64,000 bases of DNA from a virus (taxonomy: Duplodnaviria; Caudoviricetes): the IMG/VR virus record IMGVR_UViG_3300042346_000266, positions 1,917 through 65,916 of that record; one strand, given 5' to 3'. The notes beneath the pieces were generated by a model. It saw only the letters and a program-made list of their open reading frames with translations, did no database searches and was not told the origin of the DNA. Positions 55,899 through 64,000 of the stretch are shown here, one piece after another. Numbering within the stretch: the stretch's first letter is position 1; every line of letters begins with the position of its first letter. The translations under genes and the position numbers were made by a program.

Positions 55899-56492
55899 AT
55901 GAGACAATTAAGCAATAATAAATTAATTGAAATAAGTAATAACTTAGATAAGTACTTTAATTTAGCAACCGATAGAGATATTGATAATGGTATTGCATGG
56001 TACAAACAAGCTCACTATATATGTAAAGATATATCAAATCAATATAATACTCCAATTGATATTGTGGTTAGTATATTGAGCGCATTGTCTCCTCGCAATA
56101 AATGGAATCAAAACATTAAGGATACCACTACTTTGCTAAATGCTATACAAAACAATATTCCATCTGAAAATATTAAAGTTTGTACTTTTCATAGGAATAA
56201 ACAAAAAGCTTTTTTATTAGCGCAAGGTAAAATAAAAATAACTGATAAAAGCTTAAAAACATTTAATTTTGTTCGTAATATCGCTGATCTTGATGAAAGT
56301 AGTGTTACAATTGACGTATGGCATTTGCGTGCATGTTTTGGTAAAACAATAAAAACAACACCAACTAAATTAGCTTACAACCAAATTAAAGAATTAACAA
56401 TTAATAAAGCTAAAGAAAAAGGATTAAAAGGTTTTGAATATCAAGCAATTATATGGAATTCAGTAAAAAATAATTTTAAATATGACAGATAA
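55899..56492 (+). CDS. HhH-GPD glycosylase-fold-like hypothetical protein
   Basis: WY..A, SALSP...W..N, VTIDVWH.RA, QAIIW motifs. Confidence 0.55.
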   Translation: MRQLSNNKLIEISNNLDKYFNLATDRDIDNGIAWYKQAHYICKDISNQYNTPIDIVVSILSALSPRNKWNQNIKDTTTLLNAIQNNIPSENIKVCTFHRNKQKAFLLAQGKIKITDKSLKTFNFVRNIADLDESSVTIDVWHLRACFGKTIKTTPTKLAYNQIKELTINKAKEKGLKGFEYQAIIWNSVKNNFKYDR

Positions 56493-56682
56493 AGAGATCA
56501 AAGAATGTGCTCACGATAAAGTATATGCAATATACCTTAATTTACAAAGAGAAAATTTATGGTTAGATAAATACTGGAAAGTAGATCCAGATAGAGCTGT
56601 ATTTTTGGAAAGGGCTCATGATAAAGAAGTAAGAGTATATTCATATATATTAAGTTTAATAGAAAAAGATAATAAATTATGA
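56482..56682 (+). CDS. hypothetical protein
   Basis: Coupled ORF. Confidence 0.6.
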   Translation: MTDKEIKECAHDKVYAIYLNLQRENLWLDKYWKVDPDRAVFLERAHDKEVRVYSYILSLIEKDNKL

Positions 56683-56882
56683 AAAGAACTAAAGATTTAA
56701 TAGATCAAATGATGGAATATGAATGTGGCGAATTGAGTGATCAAGATACATTAAATATGTATTCAGAGATTATTAAAAATAATATGCAATATAGTTTACA
56801 AGGTCACTACGGTAGAACGGCTAGTGCTTTAATTCAAGATGGTTGGTTAGATAACAAGGGTAACATTTTAAAAGGACTATAA
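56679..56882 (+). CDS. conserved-looking phage hypothetical protein
   Basis: YE.GEL...LQG.YGRTA..LI..G motif. Confidence 0.7.
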   Translation: MKRTKDLIDQMMEYECGELSDQDTLNMYSEIIKNNMQYSLQGHYGRTASALIQDGWLDNKGNILKGL

Positions 56883-56884
56883 TT

Positions 56885-57211
56885 ATGCCAGATATATCAA
56901 TGTGTAGGAATTTCCTATGCCCCACTAAAGATTACTGTTACAGATTTACAGCAACTCCTAATGAGTTTAGACAGTCTTATTCTAATTTTGGGCCAGAAGA
57001 TGATGAGATAAATTGTTCATACTTTTGGCCTAATGGTAAAGACTCTAATAAATGTAAGCACAATGGCGTCAAACGTGAAGGTGAAATGTGTAATATGGCA
57101 CACTGTAACTATCCAAAGTGCATTCAAGATGATTATTGCAGTAGTTGTGGCCAAACAAATGCTATACACAAAATGGGATGCGAAACTAGAAAAATACAAA
57201 TTAATTTATGA
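56885..57211 (+). CDS. Cys-rich hypothetical protein
   Basis: MPDISMC...CP....CYR...QSY...C..FW. Confidence 0.65.
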   Translation: MPDISMCRNFLCPTKDYCYRFTATPNEFRQSYSNFGPEDDEINCSYFWPNGKDSNKCKHNGVKREGEMCNMAHCNYPKCIQDDYCSSCGQTNAIHKMGCETRKIQINL

Positions 57212-58083
57212 AAAACATTTATTTATTACCAACAGATAAACCAAGTAGGTTATATTTAAACACTAAAGAATATATTTTTGAAAATGAATATTCTCTATCT
57301 ACTGATGAATGTCAAAATAAAAACATCTACATCACTTCTGATGAAGAAATTAAAGAAGGGGTTAATCAATGGTATTTAGACAAAGTATTAAATGAACCTT
57401 ATAATTCAGGAGGCGCTCAATATTCTTCTAAACAAAATGTAATCATACTAACAACCGACCAAGACTTAATCAAAGATGGAGTACAAGCTATTGATGATGA
57501 GTTCTTAGAATGGTTTGTAAAGAATCCAAGTTGTGAGTTTGTTGAGGTTGAAAAAACTTTTGTAACAAATAGTGGATTAGGACACCAAGAATATGCCGTA
57601 TTAAATTCTGATTTTAAAGTGTTAGAATTGGTTGCAAATATACCTCAATCTTCATATGAAATTGGACGAGTTACAGAATTAGATGCATATGAATATGTCA
57701 CTAATTATCAAATCATCATTCCAAAAGAAGAACCTAATAGAACACATTATCTAGATGAATTACCTAATATAGATAAAAAAATATTATCAAAAATGTGGGA
57801 AGATGTTGTGCCTGAGTTAGAACCTAAACAAGAAAAACTTGAAGAAACTATTGGTTTAAAGGCACACGAATACTCAATGCAATATGTAGGTACAGATAAA
57901 TACACTGTCTCTATGTTAGCAATAGAATTTGGTTATCATTTAGCTTTGGAACAAGAACAAGAAAAAAGTTATAGTGAGGAAGATATGCACAATTTAATGG
58001 ATGAATACCAAAATTGGTTATTTAATACCAATACCGTAGTATTAACTTTTAGAGAATGGTTTAAGCAATTTAAAAAGAAATAA
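57208..58083 (+). CDS. modular hypothetical protein ending YSEE...F.QFKKK
   Basis: ORF; shares C-terminal module with the next gene. Confidence 0.7.
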   Translation: MKNIYLLPTDKPSRLYLNTKEYIFENEYSLSTDECQNKNIYITSDEEIKEGVNQWYLDKVLNEPYNSGGAQYSSKQNVIILTTDQDLIKDGVQAIDDEFLEWFVKNPSCEFVEVEKTFVTNSGLGHQEYAVLNSDFKVLELVANIPQSSYEIGRVTELDAYEYVTNYQIIIPKEEPNRTHYLDELPNIDKKILSKMWEDVVPELEPKQEKLEETIGLKAHEYSMQYVGTDKYTVSMLAIEFGYHLALEQEQEKSYSEEDMHNLMDEYQNWLFNTNTVVLTFREWFKQFKKK

Positions 58084-58084
58084 G

Positions 58085-58309
58085 ATGAATCAAGAAACAT
58101 TAGAAGAAGTTGCTAAAAGATATTCTAAAAATAAATTATCTAAATTAGGATTTATTGAAGGTGCTGAATGGCAAGCAGAAAGAATGTATAGTGAGGAAGA
58201 AGCTGGTGAATTAGTTTACAACATCATTGGAAAATATGCTAAACAATATGGCATAATGGTAGATGGTGCTGAATTAAATGATTTATTTGAACAATTTAAA
58301 AAGAAATAA
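58085..58309 (+). CDS. short paralogous module QETLEE...YSEE...FEQFKKK
   Basis: ORF; similarity to the preceding gene C-terminus. Confidence 0.7.
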   Translation: MNQETLEEVAKRYSKNKLSKLGFIEGAEWQAERMYSEEEAGELVYNIIGKYAKQYGIMVDGAELNDLFEQFKKK

Positions 58310-58455
58310 TGAGTTTTGAAACGTGGTTAGACGAAAATTATCCATACAGAAACAAAAACTACAAACAAGAAATCCTGTATGCTAAAAGTAAGTATGATGA
58401 AACATATTTAAAAAATGAATTATTAGAAATATATAAAAAAGAAAAAGGATTATGA
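58309..58455 (+). CDS. 48-aa hypothetical protein
   Basis: Hand-called ORF MSFETWLDEN... overlapping both neighbours. Confidence 0.55.
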   Translation: MSFETWLDENYPYRNKNYKQEILYAKSKYDETYLKNELLEIYKKEKGL

Positions 58456-58712
58456 GTACAACATTTGGAATACCACAAAGAAAAGTAGATTTTGCTTTTT
58501 TAGTTGATGAAAATGGGGAATTACTTGATTACATAGATACATCATTTTTTGAGAAAATATTCTTTAGATCAATGAATAATAGTCGGTGGATGAATGCGAT
58601 CGCTGAGTTATTACCAGAAGATACACGAGTATTTCCTTTAGACAATAGTGCACAAGGTATATATACTATAGGTGATATTAAAAAATACTTACAATCAGAG
58701 CACGATAAATAA
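58452..58712 (+). CDS. hypothetical protein
   Basis: PLDNS.QGIYTIGD motif; ends within repeat 12. Confidence 0.7.
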   Translation: MSTTFGIPQRKVDFAFLVDENGELLDYIDTSFFEKIFFRSMNNSRWMNAIAELLPEDTRVFPLDNSAQGIYTIGDIKKYLQSEHDK

Positions 58713-58723
58713 CTGATAATCTT
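58689..58723 (+). promoter_or_regulatory. early promoter-like repeat 12 (before HTH/sigma/replication genes)
   Basis: TTACAATCAGAGCACGATAAATAACTGATAATCTT. Confidence 0.6.
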
Positions 58724-58787
58724 AATGTGGAAAATAAAAAAAAATATTATATACTTAATGATGCAACGATAAGGGCTAGTAACAAAA

Positions 58788-58834
58788 TGTGACACTAGCT
58801 AATTAATATAATAAAGTAGCAGGCTAATGTCGCA
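58788..58834. repeat. TGTGAC-N35-GTCGCA element D (inverted), overlapping HTH gene start
   Basis: Reverse complement reads TGCGACATTAGCCTGCTACT...GTCACATTTT. Confidence 0.75.
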
Positions 58835-59444
58835 TAGAAATCTAGATTTTTTAAATAACAAAAGAGTGATATATAAAAGAGATCCGGTTAACGATAAACC
58901 AACAAAAGAATTTGAATGGGGTTATTTTTATGAGAATGGTACTCATGAATGTTATGAACTATTTAGAAGCAAAGCGAAAATAACAACATTTAAAGCATTG
59001 AAATGGCATTTGTATGTTATTTGGTATCTTAATCCTAATCTTGACCAGAATGAATTTGAAACAATTGTTAGGCATATATGTAATAAAGAAAATGGATTTG
59101 TTACATTTAATGTAAGCGAGCAATTACTACAGAGCATGATGTATGATGTATCTTTACAAGATCTAGAGAATCCACCACCGAATAAGATTAGGAAAATAAT
59201 ATTTAAAAGTAACACTAACCTAACATTAAATGAAAAGCTTTCTATTGTAGGTAGTATGATTGGTAAAACAAAAAAGATTAATGAATCAGATATTTACGAT
59301 GCGATGCTATACATGCACGATCTCCAAACCAAGATTACTATAAAAAAGTTAGCTAATCATTTTGGTTGCACATCTAGAACAATACATCGTAATATGAGTA
59401 ATGAATTAAAAAAAGAAAAAGAACTGTTAAACCAAAACATATGA
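58827..59444 (+). CDS. DNA-binding protein with C-terminal HTH (possible PriCT-like middle; replication initiator/regulator)
   Basis: ITIKKLANHFGCTSRTIHRNM helix-turn-helix. Confidence 0.65.
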   Translation: MSHRNLDFLNNKRVIYKRDPVNDKPTKEFEWGYFYENGTHECYELFRSKAKITTFKALKWHLYVIWYLNPNLDQNEFETIVRHICNKENGFVTFNVSEQLLQSMMYDVSLQDLENPPPNKIRKIIFKSNTNLTLNEKLSIVGSMIGKTKKINESDIYDAMLYMHDLQTKITIKKLANHFGCTSRTIHRNMSNELKKEKELLNQNI

Positions 59445-59623
59445 AAATATCAATAGAAAATTACGGTAAAAAATATACAACTGAGGTTGATCATGATGAT
59501 ATATCAATGGAAGATTACATAGATATAATAAATAGCATGTTACTAAGTATTGGTTTCCATCAAAGCACTATAGCAGAAGCATTTGAAGAATTTAACAACA
59601 AAATAAATTATGAAAAGTTATAA
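59441..59623 (+). CDS. hypothetical protein
   Basis: Coupled ORF. Confidence 0.65.
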   Translation: MKISIENYGKKYTTEVDHDDISMEDYIDIINSMLLSIGFHQSTIAEAFEEFNNKINYEKL

Positions 59624-60374
59624 CGTACAAAATTACATTAGGTATAAAGAAGATATTAAACAAACTAATAAAAATAGTTTAAATAATGATTTTCAATCAT
59701 ATCCACGAGATAAATTAATTGCAAAATTCCTACCTCTTGTAGAAAATATATCTAAAAAGTTTTCTACTACAACACAAGCTTGTGGAATACTAGATATTAC
59801 AGACTTAATACAAGCTGGATCTATTGGATTAATACAAGCAATTGATAAACTAGAATGGGACACAATTAACACTTCTAATGATAAAGAATCAACATTGAAG
59901 TCATTCCTATCAAAAAGGATTAAAGGCTCAATACGTAGAGCCATAGACATCAATAGAGGTTCAATTAAAATCCCAGAGCATAAGCTAAATGAAATACGCA
60001 AAGACGATAGTAATGACCATGTATTAGTAGCTATGTTTTTTAATTCTATATTTTTGAGTATTGATGAACAAATAAATGATGAAGATGATGATAATACATT
60101 CTATCAAATAGCCGACCAATCAGAACCATATAATGTTGTATTAATGAATTTATATCTGACTAGTTTACTTAAAAAACATTTAGATGGTAATGAGTATGAT
60201 GTATTACGTTTAAGTTATGGTTTAGACTGTGATAAACATTCAGCAAATCAAATTGCAGACTATTTAGGTATCGAAGGAGCAAGTGCTTATGTTAGAATTT
60301 CAGAGATAAAAAAGCAAGCAATTAAGAAGTTAATTGATAATGTAGATTCCTCGCAAGTCCTTGATTACCTATAA
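59610..60374 (+). CDS. phage sigma-70 family RNA polymerase sigma factor
   Basis: Region 2 LPLVENISKKF...DLIQAGSIGLIQAIDK...RIKGSIRRAI; region 4 VLRLSYGL...QIADYLGI...RISEIKKQAIKKL. Confidence 0.88.
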   Translation: MKSYNVQNYIRYKEDIKQTNKNSLNNDFQSYPRDKLIAKFLPLVENISKKFSTTTQACGILDITDLIQAGSIGLIQAIDKLEWDTINTSNDKESTLKSFLSKRIKGSIRRAIDINRGSIKIPEHKLNEIRKDDSNDHVLVAMFFNSIFLSIDEQINDEDDDNTFYQIADQSEPYNVVLMNLYLTSLLKKHLDGNEYDVLRLSYGLDCDKHSANQIADYLGIEGASAYVRISEIKKQAIKKLIDNVDSSQVLDYL

Positions 60375-60381
60375 GTTAAAA

Positions 60382-60406
60382 GTAAAATGTATTTAAAATA
60401 CGTAAT
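60382..60406 (+). promoter_or_regulatory. candidate late/middle-type promoter before recombination-replication genes
   Basis: GTAAAA-N9-AATACGTAAT. Confidence 0.55.
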
Positions 60407-60444
60407 TATATTAATAAGAAAAACAAACAAATTAAATCAAATAT

Positions 60445-61014
60445 ATGGCAAAAACAGAAGAAGAAAAACAATTAACACTTAATGAAAAACTAGCTTTTAT
60501 TCAAGTTGAAATGAAAGCTAAAAAAAGTAGGTTTAATAGTTTTGGGAAATATAATTTTAGATCTGCAGAAGATCTGTTAGAAGCAGTTAAACCTTACCTA
60601 ATAAAATATAATGTGTCAGTAACAATCAATGAAAAATTATTGGAAAGCAATTTTTTAGAATTCCCAATGTTAGAGTCAACTGCAACAATATCAGATGGTA
60701 TGTCATCTATAAGTGCTACAGCAATTGTAGGTATAGATCTTGATCAAAAAGGTATGCAAATGCCTCAAAAGTTTGGGTCAGCATCAAGTTATGGTAAGAA
60801 GTATGCTTTAGGCAATCTATTCTTGATTGATGATACTCAAGATCCTGATCATGGTAAAGCTGAACCTGAAGTGAAGGAAAAAGCAAAACTTGGTGTTAAT
60901 GATCCTGCTTTTGAAAAAGCGCAAATGTTTATAGCTAATGGCGGTTCAATGGATACAATAAAAAATAAGTATGAATTATCCAAAGAGGCTGAATTAATTT
61001 TATCAAAACTATAA
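60445..61014 (+). CDS. ERF-family ssDNA annealing protein
   Basis: FGKY.FRS.ED...GSASSYGKKYALGNLFLIDD..D.D. Confidence 0.88.
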   Translation: MAKTEEEKQLTLNEKLAFIQVEMKAKKSRFNSFGKYNFRSAEDLLEAVKPYLIKYNVSVTINEKLLESNFLEFPMLESTATISDGMSSISATAIVGIDLDQKGMQMPQKFGSASSYGKKYALGNLFLIDDTQDPDHGKAEPEVKEKAKLGVNDPAFEKAQMFIANGGSMDTIKNKYELSKEAELILSKL

Positions 61015-61015
61015 T

Positions 61016-61750
61016 ATGACTAAAGAAGAAATTTTAGAGAAATTAAAAGAAGACGAACATTATTATGGAGAATTTGGTAAAAACTTTTTAAGTAATTCAA
61101 ACATAGCGACATTACTAACTAATCCTTTATTACTTAATGAGCCACAGCCTCCAAATCCAAACTTTGTTATTGGTGGTTACTTTCATACAGCAATATTAGA
61201 ACCTGATAAGTTACATAAATATAAAATCATAGAAGCATCAACTAGAAATACTAATAAGTATAAAGAATTATCTGATGGTGAAATTTGTTTATTACAACAC
61301 GAAGCGGATAAAATAGAATTGATGAAAGATACTATGTTGTCTAATAAAATATGTAGCGAACTAATAAAAGGTTTTAATGTTCAATATGAAACACCGGGTA
61401 TAGTCGAATTATTTGGAGCAATGTGGAAAGGTAAAGCAGATATTATAAACCACGACGAAGGTCTAATTATAGATTTGAAGACTACATCTGATTTATCTGC
61501 ATTTTCTTATTCAGCAAAAAAGTATAACTATGACAGCCAAGCATATATCTATAAACAATTATTTGGATATGACATGATATTCATGGCTATAGATAAGACA
61601 ACAAATCAGATAGGTATATTTGATTGCTCAGATAACTTTTTATCAAATGGTGAAGACAAAGTTAAGCGAGCGGTAGAAGCTTATGATTTATTTTACAGAA
61701 CAGAAGGATTTGATCCACAACAATATCTAATAACAAAAACACTTAATTAA
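61016..61750 (+). CDS. PD-(D/E)xK exonuclease, RecE/exonuclease VIII-like
   Basis: G..FH.AILEP, KGKADI...IIDLKTT, Y..QA..Y. Confidence 0.85.
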   Translation: MTKEEILEKLKEDEHYYGEFGKNFLSNSNIATLLTNPLLLNEPQPPNPNFVIGGYFHTAILEPDKLHKYKIIEASTRNTNKYKELSDGEICLLQHEADKIELMKDTMLSNKICSELIKGFNVQYETPGIVELFGAMWKGKADIINHDEGLIIDLKTTSDLSAFSYSAKKYNYDSQAYIYKQLFGYDMIFMAIDKTTNQIGIFDCSDNFLSNGEDKVKRAVEAYDLFYRTEGFDPQQYLITKTLN

Positions 61751-61762
61751 AAACAGAGAAAA

Positions 61763-62074
61763 ATGGCAAGTATTATTAAATGCAGTTTAAATTTAAATGA
61801 CATTCCTAAACACAAAATTATTGATGGTAAGAAAGGAAAGTATCTACCTATTACAATAACATTAAATGATGAAGTAGATCAATTTGGAAATCAAGGGCCA
61901 GTAATGGTTGAACAATCAAAAGAAGAAAGAGATGCTAAAGCAGCTAAAGTATATCTTGGAAATGTTAAAGTGGTATGGACAAATGGTGAAAATGTTGCTG
62001 TTGCACCCAGGAATGATGGCTCACCTGCTCCAGTACAAAAAGCATCTGCTCCGATGGACGATTTACCGTTCTAA
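61763..62074 (+). CDS. putative single-stranded DNA-binding protein
   Basis: Small beta-rich protein with acidic DDLPF C-terminal tip. Confidence 0.7.
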   Translation: MASIIKCSLNLNDIPKHKIIDGKKGKYLPITITLNDEVDQFGNQGPVMVEQSKEERDAKAAKVYLGNVKVVWTNGENVAVAPRNDGSPAPVQKASAPMDDLPF

Positions 62075-62127
62075 CCGTGCTTCTGTCGCTTCCCGTTAGA
62101 TCAGCTCATTAGCCTTTTTATGATAGT

Positions 62128-62152
62128 TAAACCCCATTTATTGGGGTTTTTC
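62128..62152 (+). terminator. intrinsic terminator
   Basis: AAACCCCA-TTTAT-TGGGGTTTTT. Confidence 0.7.
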
Positions 62153-62189
62153 TATCTATTATTAGTAACAATCAAATCAAATAAAGTAA

Positions 62190-63905
62190 ATGCAAACACT
62201 AGAAATAAACGGCTTTCTAATCGACCAATTTAATCAATATAAATTAGAAGAAGGAAAAAGCCAAGGAATATGCCCATTGTGTTCACATAATAGAGAACCA
62301 AAAAACCAAAAGGCAAAGTGTGCTTCATATGATTGGGAAAAAGGATTAGGTACCTGCCATAACTGTAATAAATCATTTCAATTGCATACATATCAAAGAA
62401 AAGGATCAAGCGAAAAAATATACGCTAAACCACCACAGAAAAAAGTTGTAGAGGAAATGCAAATTAGCGAACCTGTTGTAAAATGGTTTGACACAAGAGG
62501 TATTTCAAAAAATACTTTGTATGAATTACAAATCACAGATGGACCAGAGTTTATGCCACAGACTGGCAAAACTGAAAATGCTATACATTTTAACTATTTC
62601 ATTGGCGATCAACTTATCAATGTAAAGTATAGAGATGGACATAAGCACTTTAAGTTATTTAAGGGAGCAGAAAAGATTTTCTATAATATTAACAGTATTG
62701 TTGGGTTTGAATATTGTATAATTGTAGAAGGAGAAATGGATGTTCTTGCTCTTCATGAAGCAGGAATTACTAATGCAATATCTGTCCCAAACGGTGCAAC
62801 GTTAGGTACAAACAATCTTGAATATCTAGATAATTGCATTGACTATTTTGAAGACAAATCCAAAATCATTATTGCAGTTGATTCGGATGCAGCAGGTCAA
62901 GCATTACAAACCGAGTTAGTTAGAAGGTTAGGTTCAGAGATATGTTATATTGCAACATTTGATGATTGCAAGGATGCTAATGAGTACTTGATAAAATATG
63001 GTAAAGAAGCATTGTCAAACAGAATTAGTAGAGCTAAACCTGTCCCGTTAGAAAATGTTACAACTTTTAGAGATATTGAGGATGAAGTTACAGACTTTGT
63101 TAAAAACGGTTTCAAACCTGGCTTCCAAGTTGGCTTGGATAATTTTGATAATATTTTTTCTACATACACTGGTCAATTCATTACTGTTACCGGTATTCCA
63201 TCTTCTGGTAAATCTGATTTTGTTGATCAAATGGTGGTAGGTTATAATGAAAAGTATGGTTGGAAAACAGCATATGCTTCTCCAGAGAATACACCAACAT
63301 ATTTACATGCTCATAAATTGATGCGAAAAACATGGCAAGGTATGCCTAAAGTAGAAGACATTAAAACAGATAAATGGAATCAAGTTGCCGATCACGTTAA
63401 TGATAATTATTTCTTCATTGATATGGAACGTTATACTTTAGAATCAGTACTGCGAAAAGGAGCAGAGTTAGTAAAACGTAAAGGTATTAAATGTTTAGTA
63501 ATTGATCCATTTAATAAAGTAAGATCTGCTGATCCATCTGGGGACGTCAATGTTTATACTTTAGAATACTTAAGTCAGATAGAAATATTTGCTAAGAAAT
63601 ATGATGTGCTTGTAATTATTGTTGCTCATCCAACTAAAATGTATAAAGATTCTAAAGGTAATATTGAAGAGCCTACTATGTATAATATTAAAGGTGGAGG
63701 TGAATGGTATGATGCTTCCTACCATGGGTTATTAGTTCATAGAAACTATGAAGAGAAGACTGTTAAAGTAAAAGTTCTTAAATGTAAGTTCCAAAATCTT
63801 GGCGAAAATGGCGCTGAATGTCATTTTAAATGGGAATCAGAGTCTGGCTGTTTTATTCCACATATACCAATAAATAATGATGAATCTAAACTGCCGTGGG
63901 AATAA
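62190..63905 (+). CDS. primase-helicase (T7 gp4/Twinkle-like)
   Basis: Zn finger CPLC..CHNC, TOPRIM IVEGEMD..D.D.AG, Walker A GIPSSGKS, VIDP, VAHP. Confidence 0.92.
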   Translation: MQTLEINGFLIDQFNQYKLEEGKSQGICPLCSHNREPKNQKAKCASYDWEKGLGTCHNCNKSFQLHTYQRKGSSEKIYAKPPQKKVVEEMQISEPVVKWFDTRGISKNTLYELQITDGPEFMPQTGKTENAIHFNYFIGDQLINVKYRDGHKHFKLFKGAEKIFYNINSIVGFEYCIIVEGEMDVLALHEAGITNAISVPNGATLGTNNLEYLDNCIDYFEDKSKIIIAVDSDAAGQALQTELVRRLGSEICYIATFDDCKDANEYLIKYGKEALSNRISRAKPVPLENVTTFRDIEDEVTDFVKNGFKPGFQVGLDNFDNIFSTYTGQFITVTGIPSSGKSDFVDQMVVGYNEKYGWKTAYASPENTPTYLHAHKLMRKTWQGMPKVEDIKTDKWNQVADHVNDNYFFIDMERYTLESVLRKGAELVKRKGIKCLVIDPFNKVRSADPSGDVNVYTLEYLSQIEIFAKKYDVLVIIVAHPTKMYKDSKGNIEEPTMYNIKGGGEWYDASYHGLLVHRNYEEKTVKVKVLKCKFQNLGENGAECHFKWESESGCFIPHIPINNDESKLPWE

Positions 63906-64000
63906 ATGGGGAGTGGATTAAAATCCAAAGGAGGCATAGACATGGGCAACTACCATGCTTCTATAAAAGAAGTAGAAGCTTGTAGATGGTGCATACAAAA
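63906..64000 (+). CDS. hypothetical protein (3' truncated)
   Basis: ATG right after helicase stop, open to window end. Confidence 0.5.
   Translation, partial: MGSGLKSKGGIDMGNYHASIKEVEACRWCIQ

Noticed and set aside
48457-58723. 35-bp repeats as a CRISPR array
   Set aside because: Copies are degenerate, irregularly spaced (about 90 bp to 3 kb) and separated by genes; no cas genes in the window
1-64000. Stop-codon reassignment as in some crAss-like phages
   Set aside because: Genes are intact and tightly packed under the standard code; TAG and TGA both terminate genes
1-64000. Prophage, integrase, introns/inteins, diversity-generating retroelement
   Set aside because: No integrase, reverse transcriptase or host flanking genes; terL, RNR and helicase show no obvious insertions

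Overview
AT-rich 64-kb segment of a tailed dsDNA phage, most likely a podovirus-type, crAss-related phage of a Bacteroidota/Flavobacterium-like host. Support for that host: no Shine-Dalgarno sites seen, A-rich initiation regions, and a T9SS-type cargo gene. The genetic code is standard. Three blocks are present. (1) 1-3855 (+): nucleotide metabolism (MazG-like, endonuclease I-like, class II ribonucleotide reductase), ending at a bidirectional terminator. (2) 3931-47986 (-): virion/late block with a giant ejection-type protein, tail, capsid, portal, terminase, GroEL/GroES, lysis genes, tail fibres and a family of small basic proteins. (3) 48457-64000 (+): early small-gene cassettes, then an HTH protein, a phage sigma factor, ERF/RecE-like recombination genes, SSB and primase-helicase. 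The most striking unannotated signals, all found by eye, are: a sigma-70 region-2-like segment inside the 2821-aa virion protein (with zincin, PD-(D/E)xK and degenerate HAD motifs); twelve fixed-spacing copies of a 35-bp early-promoter-like motif; a second, late-type promoter motif; four TGTGAC-N34/35-GTCACA elements, one overlapping the start of the HTH gene; 14 copies of TGCTATAC in the early arm; three structured ncRNA candidates (one tRNA-like) behind a KTSC gene; and a shared SPLKQ peptide tag in late basic proteins. Family assignments come from motif recognition only; no searches were run.
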